Shown here: one piece after another, positions 30,178-40,472 of the stretch | Layout: every line of letters begins with the position of its first letter | Numbering within the stretch: position 1 is the stretch's first letter | DNA from: a virus | IMG/VR virus record: IMGVR_UViG_3300000970_000003 | DNA length: 44,597 bases | Reading direction: 5' to 3' (one strand) | Translations under genes and position numbers: made by a program | The notes under the pieces: generated by a model | What the model saw: the letters and a program-made list of their open reading frames with translations, nothing else | What the model was told of the DNA's origin: nothing | Database searches by the model: none

Positions 30178-31920
30178 TTAAAAAGAAGTCACCGTAATTC
30201 GTCCGCTGTCAAAATCAGCTCTTTCATTGTCTGCTATATTAATATTTTCATCAAACCCGCCTATTTCTATGCTGGACGTTCCTGATCCACCATCTAGGTA
30301 TGATATTTTGTCAGATAGCCTATCCACCCCGACTTTAAAGTTGTTGGTAGTAGCTTCTAGAACGTAATAAACAGTGTTTGGAGCTAGACCGGAAGGTAGA
30401 GTGCCGCCTGTATTAGAGAATTTAACTCTGTTCCCAACAGATAAACCGTGAAGAGGAGCCTCAACCCTTAGATCGGTAGCATCGTTAATAAAGGTCACAA
30501 CCTGAGTGCTCTCTGCTACAAAATCCGCTGTCGCTATTTTGATTTCTATATCGATTACACCCGGAATATCGTTTAGAGCACAAACTAATTGTGGGAATAC
30601 AACAACGTCATCACCTATATTTAGAGCTTCGCCGAAAGCTAAAAGAGCGGCAGCAACCTGCGCGTCGCCCGTTACAGGGTAGAGACTGTTTGTTTTCACG
30701 TTAAATGATAGATAAATAGGCACATCAACCGGTCTTGAGAATCTAATTATTTTATCAAAGCCCTGAACGTCTTTTAAGGTTTTAGAGAGGCTTCCTACGG
30801 TTTGAATAGAAGCACCTTTAGAATCTAGCAGTGACTGAAATATAGTGTCCTGGTCTCCGCCCTGAACCACAGCTTCGTATGAGTGAGGCGGTCTACCTGC
30901 TAAATCGACGACATTATCTTCGTTTTCAAATATTTTAACCGCTACAACCCCGTCTATTTGAAGTAAATCAGCTCTAATAGCTGGGATAGTTGTATGCCCT
31001 GGGGCAGCTAGAGAGTTTGACCTTCTAGCCAAAGCGTCCGCATCCGATTCTATGTCAGTACCTAAAACAGCATCCTCAATGTTCGTAACACTGGAAACAT
31101 CTGCAATAGAAGAATCTAGTGTATTCAATGAGGCCGCTGGAGCGTCTACAGGACCGGTTTCAGTTGATTGCGCCTCTACAGTAACATTCGTTTCAAATCC
31201 CGCGTCCAGCGTAAGTGGCGTTGCTGTTACAGCGTTTGAGCTATTGGTTAAAGTATTTGATGGAATAGTAATTTGAGGCTGTGCACTTTCAGCTAATGAA
31301 CCCTGGAATATGATTATAAACCCGGCAGTGAAATCACCTATAACAGATACATTCCCGGCCCCTACATTTGAAAGGTTTTCTAGCTCGGTTTCTATCTGAG
31401 CGTCCGTAATATTAAAAGCCAGGGGAGCCGTTTGCTCTCCGTCGAAATCTATAATGAATGTTCCAGCGTCTGGCACTGAAGAGAATTGAATATCTTGCTT
31501 ATTGTTTTGGCCTGTTCCAGCTAAAATAGTCCCGGCGATAACCGTTTGGAATATAGTATTAGGATCTATAGACTGGCTAACCTCTGTCCCTACAGGGATA
31601 ACAGTTCCAACGAGCCCATAAAATGTTTGCTGAACGACTGACTTAGTTGCCACTTTCCTTTGCAGGTTTACAAGATCAAGAGAGTTATCCACACCCGCTC
31701 CCTGAGCTGTGGCAGGGAATTGGGAGTTGTATGTATACTCAGAAAGCTCCCATAGCAGAGAAAGCTCTTCTGACATAATACCTATGAGCTGACCGAACGG
31801 CCCTCTGGCATCTAGGTTTATAGAGCTCCCGAACTCGCTTTTAAACTTATTATCAAGCTCTTCTTTTATATCCGCCAACCTCTTAGCGTTAAAACCTTCA
31901 GGTGTGATTCCAAATGCCAT
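30178..31920 (-). CDS. baseplate J-like protein with extra domains
   Basis: 580 aa, positioned after the W-like gene. N-terminus MAFGITPEGFNAKRLADIKEEL is typical of J-family proteins. Confidence 0.7.
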   Translation of the reverse strand: MAFGITPEGFNAKRLADIKEELDNKFKSEFGSSINLDARGPFGQLIGIMSEELSLLWELSEYTYNSQFPATAQGAGVDNSLDLVNLQRKVATKSVVQQTFYGLVGTVIPVGTEVSQSIDPNTIFQTVIAGTILAGTGQNNKQDIQFSSVPDAGTFIIDFDGEQTAPLAFNITDAQIETELENLSNVGAGNVSVIGDFTAGFIIIFQGSLAESAQPQITIPSNTLTNSSNAVTATPLTLDAGFETNVTVEAQSTETGPVDAPAASLNTLDSSIADVSSVTNIEDAVLGTDIESDADALARRSNSLAAPGHTTIPAIRADLLQIDGVVAVKIFENEDNVVDLAGRPPHSYEAVVQGGDQDTIFQSLLDSKGASIQTVGSLSKTLKDVQGFDKIIRFSRPVDVPIYLSFNVKTNSLYPVTGDAQVAAALLAFGEALNIGDDVVVFPQLVCALNDIPGVIDIEIKIATADFVAESTQVVTFINDATDLRVEAPLHGLSVGNRVKFSNTGGTLPSGLAPNTVYYVLEATTNNFKVGVDRLSDKISYLDGGSGTSSIEIGGFDENINIADNERADFDSGRITVTSF

Positions 31921-31922
31921 AT

Positions 31923-32294
31923 TTATATCTCCAATGTTTCAAAATTGATTACACCAGCCGTTGACTCAATTCTCAATGGTGTAACGATCAGGTTTCGTGT
32001 TTCTTTATCTAGATCCATATTAAAATCCTGAATCCTGACCACTCCAGGGGTTTCTAAAATCTCTTGAATAAAAAGTGATTCGATAAAAGAGACGTCTACA
32101 GGCTTTGTAAACACCTCCTCTAGGTATGGAATGCCTAAAGTGGTATCTAAAAACCACTCTCCAAAAAAAGTACGAAGGCGTTGTTCGATATGCTCCTTTA
32201 TTTCTCGCTGCTGAGTAGCAAAAAGATCGCCAACTAAAACTAGCTGGCCGTTTTGGATATCTAAATCACCTTCAACATCTATTCCTATATTCAC
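31923..32294 (-). CDS. baseplate wedge protein (gpW/gp25/XkdS-like)
   Basis: 123 aa with DLDIQNGQLVLV...IEQRLRTFFGEWFLDTTLGIPY. Confidence 0.6.
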   Translation of the reverse strand: MNIGIDVEGDLDIQNGQLVLVGDLFATQQREIKEHIEQRLRTFFGEWFLDTTLGIPYLEEVFTKPVDVSFIESLFIQEILETPGVVRIQDFNMDLDKETRNLIVTPLRIESTAGVINFETLEI

Positions 32295-32536
32295 ACAATA
32301 CCTCCACCGATACCTGTTACCGGCCCTCCAGCCATTCCAGGAGGGGCTACGAAAGTTCCAGGAGCCACTTCAGCTCCAGCTAGGCTTGCATTGTTAACCG
32401 TAGCCATAGCTTCAAAAAGTTTTGCTAGTTGAGCATCCGTCACTTCAGATCCGGCTTCTATCCCGGCGTCTGTTGCCGCTTGTTTAAGAGCCGCTTGCAT
32501 TTGTGTTCCATAAGCTGCTGGTGGTGTTAATGGCAT
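32291..32536 (-). CDS. Gly/Ala/Pro-rich small protein
   Basis: 81-aa ORF between the spike and the W-like gene, ending PPGMAGGPVTGIGGGIV. Confidence 0.45.
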   Translation of the reverse strand: MPLTPPAAYGTQMQAALKQAATDAGIEAGSEVTDAQLAKLFEAMATVNNASLAGAEVAPGTFVAPPGMAGGPVTGIGGGIV

Positions 32537-32539
32537 ATC

Positions 32540-33172
32540 CTATCCTTTCAAACCGTCTATCTTGCCTTTTAACTGAGCAAAGGTAGCGAATTCATTTAAT
32601 TTTTGAGGTCCTATCATAGTGTTCGTGGTCGTTTTTGCTAAAGCATCTACAACTTGAGAAATTAAATCTAGAAGCTCATCGCCCCCGGATTTACCTATTT
32701 TAAACTTACCGGAAGGCAAAATTGTTATTTCAGCCTTATCGTTTTTAATAATTATATTGTTCGGGTCACCAGCGAAAGCATTGCCAGAATGGTAACCACC
32801 TGGAATAGCAAAAGCATCAGAATAAGAATGTTTCCTTGGTTCGGTGGACGGATCAACCTCTCCTCCTGACTGTTTCCAGTTTTCTATTGAGCGTTCAGCA
32901 AATATTAAAAAAACCTGATCCCCTTTTTTTAGAGGCAGGCTTATAAAAGATTTACCTGATCTAGGCATAATAACAGGCACCCCTGAAATAGTAGGGACGC
33001 TTTCTACAGAGCCGTCTATAAACTTTCTTTTAAATTGAGGCTGTACTTTAGCTGTTTGTTTTTCGGCATCGTATTCCAGTATTTCTGCTGGCATAGCCGT
33101 ATGCAGGTCGCAGAGCTTATTGTCTATAGCATCCTGTAAAACCTTAGCCATAGATGGAGTTTCGTTATTCAT
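32540..33172 (-). CDS. baseplate central spike (Gp138 N-terminal/gpV-like)
   Basis: LHTAMPAEILEYDAEKQTAKVQP fits the spike OB-fold N-terminal pattern. Start set at MNNETPS, 5 nt after GGAGG, with an ATGA overlap on the hub stop. Confidence 0.6.
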   Translation of the reverse strand: MNNETPSMAKVLQDAIDNKLCDLHTAMPAEILEYDAEKQTAKVQPQFKRKFIDGSVESVPTISGVPVIMPRSGKSFISLPLKKGDQVFLIFAERSIENWKQSGGEVDPSTEPRKHSYSDAFAIPGGYHSGNAFAGDPNNIIIKNDKAEITILPSGKFKIGKSGGDELLDLISQVVDALAKTTTNTMIGPQKLNEFATFAQLKGKIDGLKG

Positions 33173-33990
33173 ATAGCCTCCACATCTACAGTCCATGAGC
33201 CTTCGTGAGTATCGCCGTTAAAAGTAGCTTTTCTAACACGATAAACGCCCTCTAAGTCTCTGGATTCTATTTTCACACGTCTTCCTGGACGTATAGATGG
33301 ATTTATAAGGGCTTTAAATTCTACCCCTTGCTCTCTTTTCACTGGAGAGTTTAAAAGGCCCGTTGCTGAGTTTAGAACGATAACCTCGTCCGTAGTATTC
33401 CCATCAGGCTTTAGTATTTGAACTTCATCGTCTTGGATAGACCATTCCAGGCCAGCTTCTTTTGTAAGATTATCCAGAACATCTTTAGAAGAGCCTGAGA
33501 ATGTTTGACTAGAGTTATATGTCTTGTCTTCCAAGCCTATTATTTTAGCAACAGGCTTTCCAAATGATCCAGCAACGTCGGACATGATCTTTCTTAAAGA
33601 CGCACCAGGCTCGAAAGCCTTATTGTAAATCTTTTCTTGAAGAGCTATTTCGCCATCACCTATTTCTAGGGTAGTAACCCAATCAGCGCCTTGGCGTTCA
33701 TGCTTTACCTTGCCCCTTTTAACATCCCCTACAGCTAGAATTTCTAAAAACTCGTTAGCCTCTATTTGCCTATAACCAACCTCTAGAATAACAGATAAAG
33801 GCTGGGTTTCCATAAGGGCTCTAGAATCCGGGTTTAGATTATAAACGGATATTCTAGCCACGTTTGAATTAGACTCAGATGTTTTAGCAACAGAAAAAGA
33901 AACACGGAGGCCCGACAGGTCACGACCTTCACCTCCGAGCTCCCCCACCCGTAAACGAGCTAACCTGTTAAATAAAATATCTTGAGCCAT
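33169..33990 (-). CDS. baseplate hub protein (XkdQ/gpD-like)
   Basis: RLRVGELGGEGRDLSGLRVSFSVAKTSESNSNVARISVYNL is the typical hub N-terminal pattern. Confidence 0.6.
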   Translation of the reverse strand: MAQDILFNRLARLRVGELGGEGRDLSGLRVSFSVAKTSESNSNVARISVYNLNPDSRALMETQPLSVILEVGYRQIEANEFLEILAVGDVKRGKVKHERQGADWVTTLEIGDGEIALQEKIYNKAFEPGASLRKIMSDVAGSFGKPVAKIIGLEDKTYNSSQTFSGSSKDVLDNLTKEAGLEWSIQDDEVQILKPDGNTTDEVIVLNSATGLLNSPVKREQGVEFKALINPSIRPGRRVKIESRDLEGVYRVRKATFNGDTHEGSWTVDVEAI

Positions 33991-34314
33991 CTATCCCTCC
34001 AGATCCTGGTAGAATAGTTTAACGTCGGTTCCAAAGGTGTCTCTATCGGGGCTTCGCTGGTTTCCTGCCAAATCTAGAGATATGAAATCTCCAGGAGGCA
34101 CTCCCTCTCCAACGAATCGGCTTTTTACATCCCTCTCCGTATGGATAGGAAGACCAACTATAATGTCCGTATTCTGCTCGTCAGCTATATCCATGATCCA
34201 GCGACAAGAACGCTCGGACCACCTAAATCTTAAAGTGTAAACGGAGCCGTCTAGCTCCTGCCTGAATTGATAAGCTGGGATGTCCGATCTTACCGGAAGC
34301 TCAAAAACTGCCAT
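33991..34314 (-). CDS. tail/baseplate assembly protein
   Basis: 107-aa ORF between the post-tape-measure gene and the hub gene. Confidence 0.45.
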   Translation of the reverse strand: MAVFELPVRSDIPAYQFRQELDGSVYTLRFRWSERSCRWIMDIADEQNTDIIVGLPIHTERDVKSRFVGEGVPPGDFISLDLAGNQRSPDRDTFGTDVKLFYQDLEG

Positions 34315-35009
34315 TAGAATAACCCCTTCACTTTATCTAGAGCGGTTTTAGCCAGAGTCTTATTTGACTCAGAAGCCTCAACGCCTTTCTTCTTACCTAA
34401 GTTTTGATTCTTAGTAGCACCTGGTGCATTTTTCGTATTCCGCTCTGGTAGTACGATTGAAGCGGTTTTCGCTATTTGAATTTGCTCTAAAGTGGCAGAG
34501 AATTTTAACTGCCTACCAACCGCAGCTGTTTGTGGAACATTTAGCCTAGTCAAAACCATAGATTTATAAACCTGGAGTTTTGTTCTTACGTTAAAAGGGA
34601 TCCTGTTGTTTCTAAGCTCCATCAAGTATTCAAAAGCTTTTTGCGGATACAGAAGATCCGTTTCATTTCTAGTGGCTATCAATCCGGAAATAGATCCAAG
34701 GCCTGCAGCTAAGGCTTGCTGTGAGAAATCTCCAAACTCGGTAAGCTCTCCAACACCTGTTGCTGCTCCTGTGAATATATTGAAAGCAGAGCCTAGAAGA
34801 ACAATAGGGGTCTCCGTTATGGTTCCCTCTATTTGAAGCGTTCTATTCTCTAGCCTTATATTGTCTGAAATATCAGATCCCTCCTCAACCGGGTTTTTAG
34901 AAACCTGGGAGGTGGCATCGTGTGTGACACTAATTGCAGCATCTAGTTTTAGAGCCCCTATAGTGGTCTTAAATTTCTGCTGCCCAAATAATAGCGTTAT
35001 TGCTGCCAT
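34314..35009 (-). CDS. tail protein following the tape measure (XkdP/Mu gp43 position)
   Basis: 231-aa ORF immediately after the tape measure gene. Assigned by position only. Confidence 0.45.
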   Translation of the reverse strand: MAAITLLFGQQKFKTTIGALKLDAAISVTHDATSQVSKNPVEEGSDISDNIRLENRTLQIEGTITETPIVLLGSAFNIFTGAATGVGELTEFGDFSQQALAAGLGSISGLIATRNETDLLYPQKAFEYLMELRNNRIPFNVRTKLQVYKSMVLTRLNVPQTAAVGRQLKFSATLEQIQIAKTASIVLPERNTKNAPGATKNQNLGKKKGVEASESNKTLAKTALDKVKGLF

Positions 35010-35010
35010 A

Positions 35011-36561
35011 CTAGTTTACCACCGCTCCTGTTGTTTGACGTTGAGTTTGCCTTAGTAGATCCGCAATCCCCTCTTTCACGCCTTTTTGAACCGCAGGACC
35101 GACTTGGTCTGTTGCTGTACCTTCAGGCACGTTGATAGTGATTGGAGCCGTAACATTTTGGTTTGTAGTGTTCTGAGTGCCCCCTGCTGCCGCGGTCGAT
35201 CTTACCGGAACAGATGAGGCGCTAGATAACCCTAAAGTCTGTGATAGCGTAGAGCTCTCAGGATTGACGAGAGGGTTCGCAATATCCGCCCCTATACCTT
35301 TCAAAGCTTCAATCGCTAACTTCGTACTGCCGCCCGACAGTGCGCCCAGAGCCCCTGCTATACCTCTGAGTACAGAAAAGAATATTCTAAACGGCTGTAG
35401 CATTAAAGCCACCATACGCTTTACAAGGTTAGGCATAGCCATGAACTTTCCAGATAGAAAATCAAAAAACTTCGTGAACTCGGCCACCATAACCCCTGTT
35501 ACAGAGTCCCTACCCTGGAAATAGCCTATAATATCATCAAGCACCAAGATAACGAGGGCTGCGATAGCTATCACTTTTAGGAAAGGAAGGGCTAGAACAG
35601 CGAATGATTTGAGTCCGGTAATAGATAAAAGGGTAAGTGCTGATTTAATAGCCAACATAGACTTTATGAATAAGCCAGAAAGTAAAAGTAAAGGGCCTAA
35701 GGCTGCAGCAAAACCAGCCACAACTATAATAATCCTCTTCATTCCTGGGGTTAGCAGGTCCAAGGCCTCGATAGCTTTTTCTAAAAACCCCACCACCTTG
35801 TTTGCAAAAGGGAGGAGTATCTCACCGAATGAAACCGCTAGGTCATTCACCCGTGCACGAAGCCTTCTTGTTCTGTTTGCAAAGCTTTCTGATGTTCTAG
35901 CGTAATCGCCTATAGCATTTTTTGATTGTTTCTGCGCCAGCGTAAGAGTCGCATAGGCTTTAGCCTGTCTTTCAGTTTCAAAAGTAAGTCCTTGAGACCT
36001 TTGTATTTGGAGCTGTTTTTTAACATCCTCCTCAAGAATCGAGATCCCAAGAGATTTGACTGATTCTCTCTCACCAAGAAGTGCCTTTGTAAGAGCCTTA
36101 GATGCACCTTCGGCACCTCCTGAAAAGTTAGTAAAAGAAGCCAGGTCAACTGCGAGTTGGTTAACTTTATCCGATAGATCGAGGGCTGAGTCTTGAGTAA
36201 ATCCGAAGCCAGTGAGGAGATCGCCTGTATCTCCCAATAGTTGCTTAGAAGCCACGCGAGATAAGCCAAAGCTTTTTGATAGGTTCCTAGCCGTTGCATC
36301 TGCTGAATCCGATATATTTCCAAATACTGTGGCAAACTTAGAATTAGTTTCTTCTGCATCGGAGGCCGCCTTAATAGTTGCTCCGCCTATAGCGAGTAAA
36401 GGAAGAGTAACCCTTAGGCTCAAACTCTTCCCCATTTTGATAGCTTTATCGGCAGCTCGGTCTAAGCCTTTTTCAATATTGTTTATAGAGGCGTCGAGTT
36501 TCTTCAAACCCTCGTCATCAACATCGAACCCCCACTTAGTAACAAACTCCCTTAAATTCAT
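35011..36561 (-). CDS. tail tape measure protein
   Basis: 516 aa, helical with central hydrophobic segments, between the chaperone genes and the baseplate genes. Confidence 0.8.
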   Translation of the reverse strand: MNLREFVTKWGFDVDDEGLKKLDASINNIEKGLDRAADKAIKMGKSLSLRVTLPLLAIGGATIKAASDAEETNSKFATVFGNISDSADATARNLSKSFGLSRVASKQLLGDTGDLLTGFGFTQDSALDLSDKVNQLAVDLASFTNFSGGAEGASKALTKALLGERESVKSLGISILEEDVKKQLQIQRSQGLTFETERQAKAYATLTLAQKQSKNAIGDYARTSESFANRTRRLRARVNDLAVSFGEILLPFANKVVGFLEKAIEALDLLTPGMKRIIIVVAGFAAALGPLLLLSGLFIKSMLAIKSALTLLSITGLKSFAVLALPFLKVIAIAALVILVLDDIIGYFQGRDSVTGVMVAEFTKFFDFLSGKFMAMPNLVKRMVALMLQPFRIFFSVLRGIAGALGALSGGSTKLAIEALKGIGADIANPLVNPESSTLSQTLGLSSASSVPVRSTAAAGGTQNTTNQNVTAPITINVPEGTATDQVGPAVQKGVKEGIADLLRQTQRQTTGAVVN

Positions 36562-36761
36562 CTCTTCCCTCTTTTAGTCTCAGCTTGTTGTTTTTTAACA
36601 TCAAACTCTTCTGCTTCTTCTTGAAGGTCTAGAAGTTGGTGGGCTTTGGCCAGGTCAGCTAAATTCCAATCGCTCCTTATCTCCTTCAGTGTGGCTATTT
36701 TTGCCAGTACGGGCCTAAAAACATATCTGTCTGTTGCTGTTACAGTGAGGCCCGTTGCCAT
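36558..36761 (-). CDS. tail assembly chaperone-like small protein
   Basis: 67-aa ORF directly upstream of the tape measure gene, overlapping it by 4 nt. Confidence 0.45.
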   Translation of the reverse strand: MATGLTVTATDRYVFRPVLAKIATLKEIRSDWNLADLAKAHQLLDLQEEAEEFDVKKQQAETKRGKR

Positions 36762-36784
36762 GTAACCCCCGTCTCTAGAAAGTA

Positions 36785-37186
36785 TTACTTTCCTTGGACG
36801 GGCAGATATTCTAAAAAATCAGCGAATTGAAACCTTACCTGAGCTAGAGTCACCTTCATCAAATGGCCTATTTTGCCTTTATAATGCTGGTTGAAATGAA
36901 TCGGACCGTTGTTACATAGTAGCTGATCTTGGCACTCTATAATGAAACCTTTAACTTCAGATTCCCCCAGCCTCATAGCCAGAGAGCCAATAGCATCAGA
37001 CGCTATATTCATATCCATATCCATGATGCTGCCACCCTCTTGTTTCTGCTTTGCTGCGCCAATCATAAGCTTAGCCGCAGGCTCGCCCACTAGCTTTATA
37101 AGCTTAGTCAAACGCTCAAGAGCCTTTTCAGGCTCCCAATAGTGAAACGTATAAGTTTTATCATCAATTTGCTTTTCATTTTCCAT
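36785..37186 (-). CDS. tail assembly chaperone
   Basis: 133-aa ORF between the tube and tape measure genes, preceded by the conserved leader. Confidence 0.5.
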   Translation of the reverse strand: MENEKQIDDKTYTFHYWEPEKALERLTKLIKLVGEPAAKLMIGAAKQKQEGGSIMDMDMNIASDAIGSLAMRLGESEVKGFIIECQDQLLCNNGPIHFNQHYKGKIGHLMKVTLAQVRFQFADFLEYLPVQGK

Positions 37187-37221
37187 ATTTCTCGTCCTTC
37201 GTATTTCGTATGGTTACGTTA

Positions 37222-37647
37222 TTAGTTCAATCCACCCACTAAGAGGTCTAAGTCATCAGACTCAATAATCCACTCTCTGTCACTGATTTCGTTGCCGAAC
37301 TCGACAGCAGGCTTTTTAACGATCCAAGCCGTTGCAGCCTCTACAAGAGTTGTTCCTGAGTTGTCTTTGATGATGATTGGAAACTGTCCGCCCCCGCCTA
37401 CAAATTCTTCTGCTGTAGCGTATCCGCTCAACACATCGTTAGATGCTGAAGACTGAAGCAAAGTTAGAGTGATTCTACCAGATTTGTCATTTGATTTAGC
37501 TCTAGCGCCTTCACCATCTGCACCAACGGTAAGAGAGAAAGCATCTCTGTTTCTCTCCGCTGTTACAAATGTACCGTCTGCGTATCCGCCTACGATGTGA
37601 CCACCAGCTACTATAGTTACGTTTTTAGGATCAAAAGTTTTAGCCAT
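37222..37647 (-). CDS. tail tube protein (DUF3277-like)
   Basis: 141 aa after the sheath gene. FDPKNVTIVAGGHIVGGYADGTFV matches my recollection of DUF3277 tube proteins. Confidence 0.7.
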   Translation of the reverse strand: MAKTFDPKNVTIVAGGHIVGGYADGTFVTAERNRDAFSLTVGADGEGARAKSNDKSGRITLTLLQSSASNDVLSGYATAEEFVGGGGQFPIIIKDNSGTTLVEAATAWIVKKPAVEFGNEISDREWIIESDDLDLLVGGLN

Positions 37648-37657
37648 TTCTTACTCC

Positions 37658-38698
37658 TTATACCTGAGCTTCACTTAATACTAAGCGGCCTCTGAATTGG
37701 GTTTTGTTAATTGCTCCAGCCAATACACCTGTGAACTCGACGTTAGGTAAGAACCTGTTGCCAATGTCCAGAGTAGAAATATCAACCTTCTTAGGAACGC
37801 TAGTTGTGAAGCTTTCAAGGATGTTGTTCACGTCTCTTGCGATTTTTAGAACCTCTCTCAGGTTTCCATCGATTTGAGTGATACCTGCATCCGTGTAAGG
37901 GATCTTTTCTGAGTTGATGAGCTCAAAAAATACTCTTTCTTGGATTCTAGCAGTGATAAAGTCAGCCCCTCTGATCACGTCAATATTCTCGCCGCTCACA
38001 ACCTTACCGAACTGAGTATTGTTGATGTCGTTTAGAGTGATGTAGATGTTTCCATTTTCACCAGTGATATTGCCCTGTTCAGTAGCAGTAAGCTTATCAG
38101 CTGTTATACCTGCAAGAGTTTGATACGCCCAGTTTGTAGACCCTGGAAGCTTTGGAAGCTGTTTAGCAAGAAGAGCAACAGCCGCGTGGTTGTCAGTATC
38201 TTCTGAAAATTGATAAATCGTTCTATCGTAAGCCGCAGCCTTCAATGTCTCGAGTATATTTCCAGACGTTTTAGCTTTAACATCAGCATCACCGTTTACA
38301 GCAGCGAACAAGATGATTCTAGCCTCGGCCCATGCAGCAACAGCAGAGATCACAGCAGCCGTTCTGTCTTCGATAGCTAAACCATACCAATCAGAATCAA
38401 CAGCTTCTATAGCCGTAAGAGCAGCAACGTAGTCTGCATCAGCAGCTTCCACTTGCCCGATTTTGATTTGAGTTGGTCTTGGGTTTTGCGAAAACGCATC
38501 CCTAGCCATCACGATTTCTGTATCTCCTGCAGTAAAATCAGCTTCAACCGATGCGATATCAGTATATGTTCTAATTCTCTCTCCTGCTGGAAAGCGATCT
38601 GAATCCCCCACAAGTAAAGGAGTACCAAAACCTTTTTGGCTTGGAGTCCTTGTCTCACGAGTTATTTGCACGTCAATAATTTGATTTAGACTTGCCAT
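37658..38698 (-). CDS. contractile tail sheath protein (DUF3383-like)
   Basis: 346-aa ORF immediately upstream of the tube gene. No cysteine noticed. Confidence 0.7.
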   Translation of the reverse strand: MASLNQIIDVQITRETRTPSQKGFGTPLLVGDSDRFPAGERIRTYTDIASVEADFTAGDTEIVMARDAFSQNPRPTQIKIGQVEAADADYVAALTAIEAVDSDWYGLAIEDRTAAVISAVAAWAEARIILFAAVNGDADVKAKTSGNILETLKAAAYDRTIYQFSEDTDNHAAVALLAKQLPKLPGSTNWAYQTLAGITADKLTATEQGNITGENGNIYITLNDINNTQFGKVVSGENIDVIRGADFITARIQERVFFELINSEKIPYTDAGITQIDGNLREVLKIARDVNNILESFTTSVPKKVDISTLDIGNRFLPNVEFTGVLAGAINKTQFRGRLVLSEAQV

Positions 38699-38706
38699 TA
38701 TTCCCC

Positions 38707-39264
38707 CTAGTTTATTGTGACGGTGAATTCAGTATCCAGTCCGCCTAGTTTATTTGTTAATTCAACACTATCGATTGTAGTCACGGCATCTAGTTTTTCC
38801 AAGGTGACCCCGAACCTAAAGTCTAATACCTGACGCTCCTCATGGTCAGTCTCTAAAAACTGAGACACGTCTTGAAAGGACTCTTGCCCTCTAAAAGCTA
38901 GACCAGCAGCGCAGAGAACATCTCTTATCGTAGGAGATTCTAGCCCCATAATGATTTCTGCAGCGCATTCGTGTGATTTTTCACCCACTACGTTTATAGA
39001 AACCGTGAACTCTCTTTGGCCCTTAATGAAGAAGCTTGAAAGATCAGAATCCCATCTAAGCTCATCCCTACCTAGCTTTATAAAGGATGTGAGAAACTTG
39101 TACTCTACAAAACCTTCTGAAGGACGAACCTCATCGTCCTCCGCTCTAATAACCTGTATCACTCCATCAGCGTCTTCAGCTAAAGAGCCGTTTATAGAGG
39201 CATAAATCCAATCATAGAGGGCATCTCTTATAGGATCAAAATTCAATTTAGCTACAGCGGCCAT
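38707..39264 (-). CDS. neck/tail terminator-like protein
   Basis: 185-aa ORF directly upstream of the sheath gene. Assigned by position. Confidence 0.45.
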   Translation of the reverse strand: MAAVAKLNFDPIRDALYDWIYASINGSLAEDADGVIQVIRAEDDEVRPSEGFVEYKFLTSFIKLGRDELRWDSDLSSFFIKGQREFTVSINVVGEKSHECAAEIIMGLESPTIRDVLCAAGLAFRGQESFQDVSQFLETDHEERQVLDFRFGVTLEKLDAVTTIDSVELTNKLGGLDTEFTVTIN

Positions 39265-39650
39265 TATTTCTTCCTCACGATTTCATTTTGAAGGATAGCA
39301 AACGACTTGTAATGCTTTAACGATAGGTGGGTATGCGTCCAGTCCATCACTTTTAAGACCTCAAACTTCTCATCTCTAAACGTAATCACATCAGCTTTAA
39401 ATCCCGTTTTCACGTCCGCAGTCTGCAAAGGAGTTGAGCTGTAGATGCGAATATAATGCTTGTTTCTCTCTCCACCAATATCCTCAACGATTTCATCTGA
39501 GGTGGCTGGTTGAATAGAGGCTACAACCTCAGCCTGGATGGTTTTACCTGGCACAGACTTACCCTTTACACGAACAGGGCCCGAAACGTCCCGAGTGAAC
39601 TTGTATATGCCAACCTTTCCAAAACGACGAAGCAAAGACATTACACTCAT
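39264..39650 (-). CDS. head closure/head-tail joining protein
   Basis: 128-aa ORF in the neck module. Assigned by position. Confidence 0.4.
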   Translation of the reverse strand: MSVMSLLRRFGKVGIYKFTRDVSGPVRVKGKSVPGKTIQAEVVASIQPATSDEIVEDIGGERNKHYIRIYSSTPLQTADVKTGFKADVITFRDEKFEVLKVMDWTHTHLSLKHYKSFAILQNEIVRKK

Positions 39651-40138
39651 GAAGCATCCTCCACTTTAGAGTTTATAGAAGAGCGAAGCCTTCCAGTGTC
39701 TACCAAAGGATTCGAAGACCCTTTTCGTCGTACAGTAGAGGGGGCGTTCGCAGGCTCCCTTAGATTCGTTATTTTGCCTTTTATTTTGGCTGCGATATCT
39801 AGACCCATTATTTTCAATGCTCTAGAAACGGTCATTTTGCCTGCTAGGATTTGACCTATAAGCTTATCAGATAAAAAAGAGATTTCTTTTCTCTTCTCAT
39901 CCATAGTTGACCGGATGTATGAACGCTCAGGAATATTCCCGTTTGATGAACCGAATTCTTGAACTGCAGCAACCTGGGCTAGAGTGAATTTATCTCCCTG
40001 CCTTTTTTTGCCTGCATCTTTTTGAAGAACACCAACTTTAACAAAAGGGTGTCCTTTAGCTACCTTGATAGCATCCATAGCCTTTTCATAGCCCATGTCT
40101 TTTACAGTAGTTTTAATTTTTGATTTTATTCTGGGCAT
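39647..40138 (-). CDS. tail completion/virion morphogenesis protein (HK97 gp10 or Mu gpG-like)
   Basis: VQEFGSSNGNIPERSYIR and RRKGSSNPLVDTGRLRSSI match the family's conserved segments as I recall them. Confidence 0.55.
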   Translation of the reverse strand: MPRIKSKIKTTVKDMGYEKAMDAIKVAKGHPFVKVGVLQKDAGKKRQGDKFTLAQVAAVQEFGSSNGNIPERSYIRSTMDEKRKEISFLSDKLIGQILAGKMTVSRALKIMGLDIAAKIKGKITNLREPANAPSTVRRKGSSNPLVDTGRLRSSINSKVEDAS

Positions 40139-40470
40139 CCGACAACCCTTGGACCAGTCACTAATGTCTTTTTAATAGACAGATATAGTCTCCCCCAGGA
40201 TGTCGTATCGAATTCAGAGTCTCCCTGACTAGAGTAGCTCACTTCTAGATCGCCAACCTTCTCTTTGGTGACAGATCCCCCCACGCCATTCCTGTTGGCT
40301 ACTGTTAGATAGTGGGCCGTAAGAAATAATACACCATCATCGTACTGGTCGCCCCATACGGTTTCTGATATTCCTCTGCGAGCAATCTTTAAAAAAAAGT
40401 TAACCCTTGAACTATCCTCTTGGGAGAATTCAGGAGCTATCTTTTGTAGATCGCTAAAGCCCACTGCCAT
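40126..40470 (-). CDS. head-tail adaptor (DUF4054-like)
   Basis: 114 aa with ...WGDQYDDGVLFLTAHYLTV... Confidence 0.5.
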   Translation of the reverse strand: MAVGFSDLQKIAPEFSQEDSSRVNFFLKIARRGISETVWGDQYDDGVLFLTAHYLTVANRNGVGGSVTKEKVGDLEVSYSSQGDSEFDTTSWGRLYLSIKKTLVTGPRVVGCPE

Positions 40471-40472
40471 TT

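Noticed and set aside
35910-36359. Minus-strand 149-aa ORF inside the tape measure gene, in another frame
   Set aside because: It is fully nested in the tape measure coding region, is L/Q/R-rich with no motif and has no ribosome binding site. It is most likely an alternative-frame artefact.
36558-37186. Programmed frameshift between the two chaperone-position ORFs, as in gpE/E' or gpG/GT
   Set aside because: The 133-aa ORF ends with TAA. The 67-aa ORF has its own GGGGG Shine-Dalgarno and ATG 23 nt later. I saw no slippery heptamer or overlapping extended frame.
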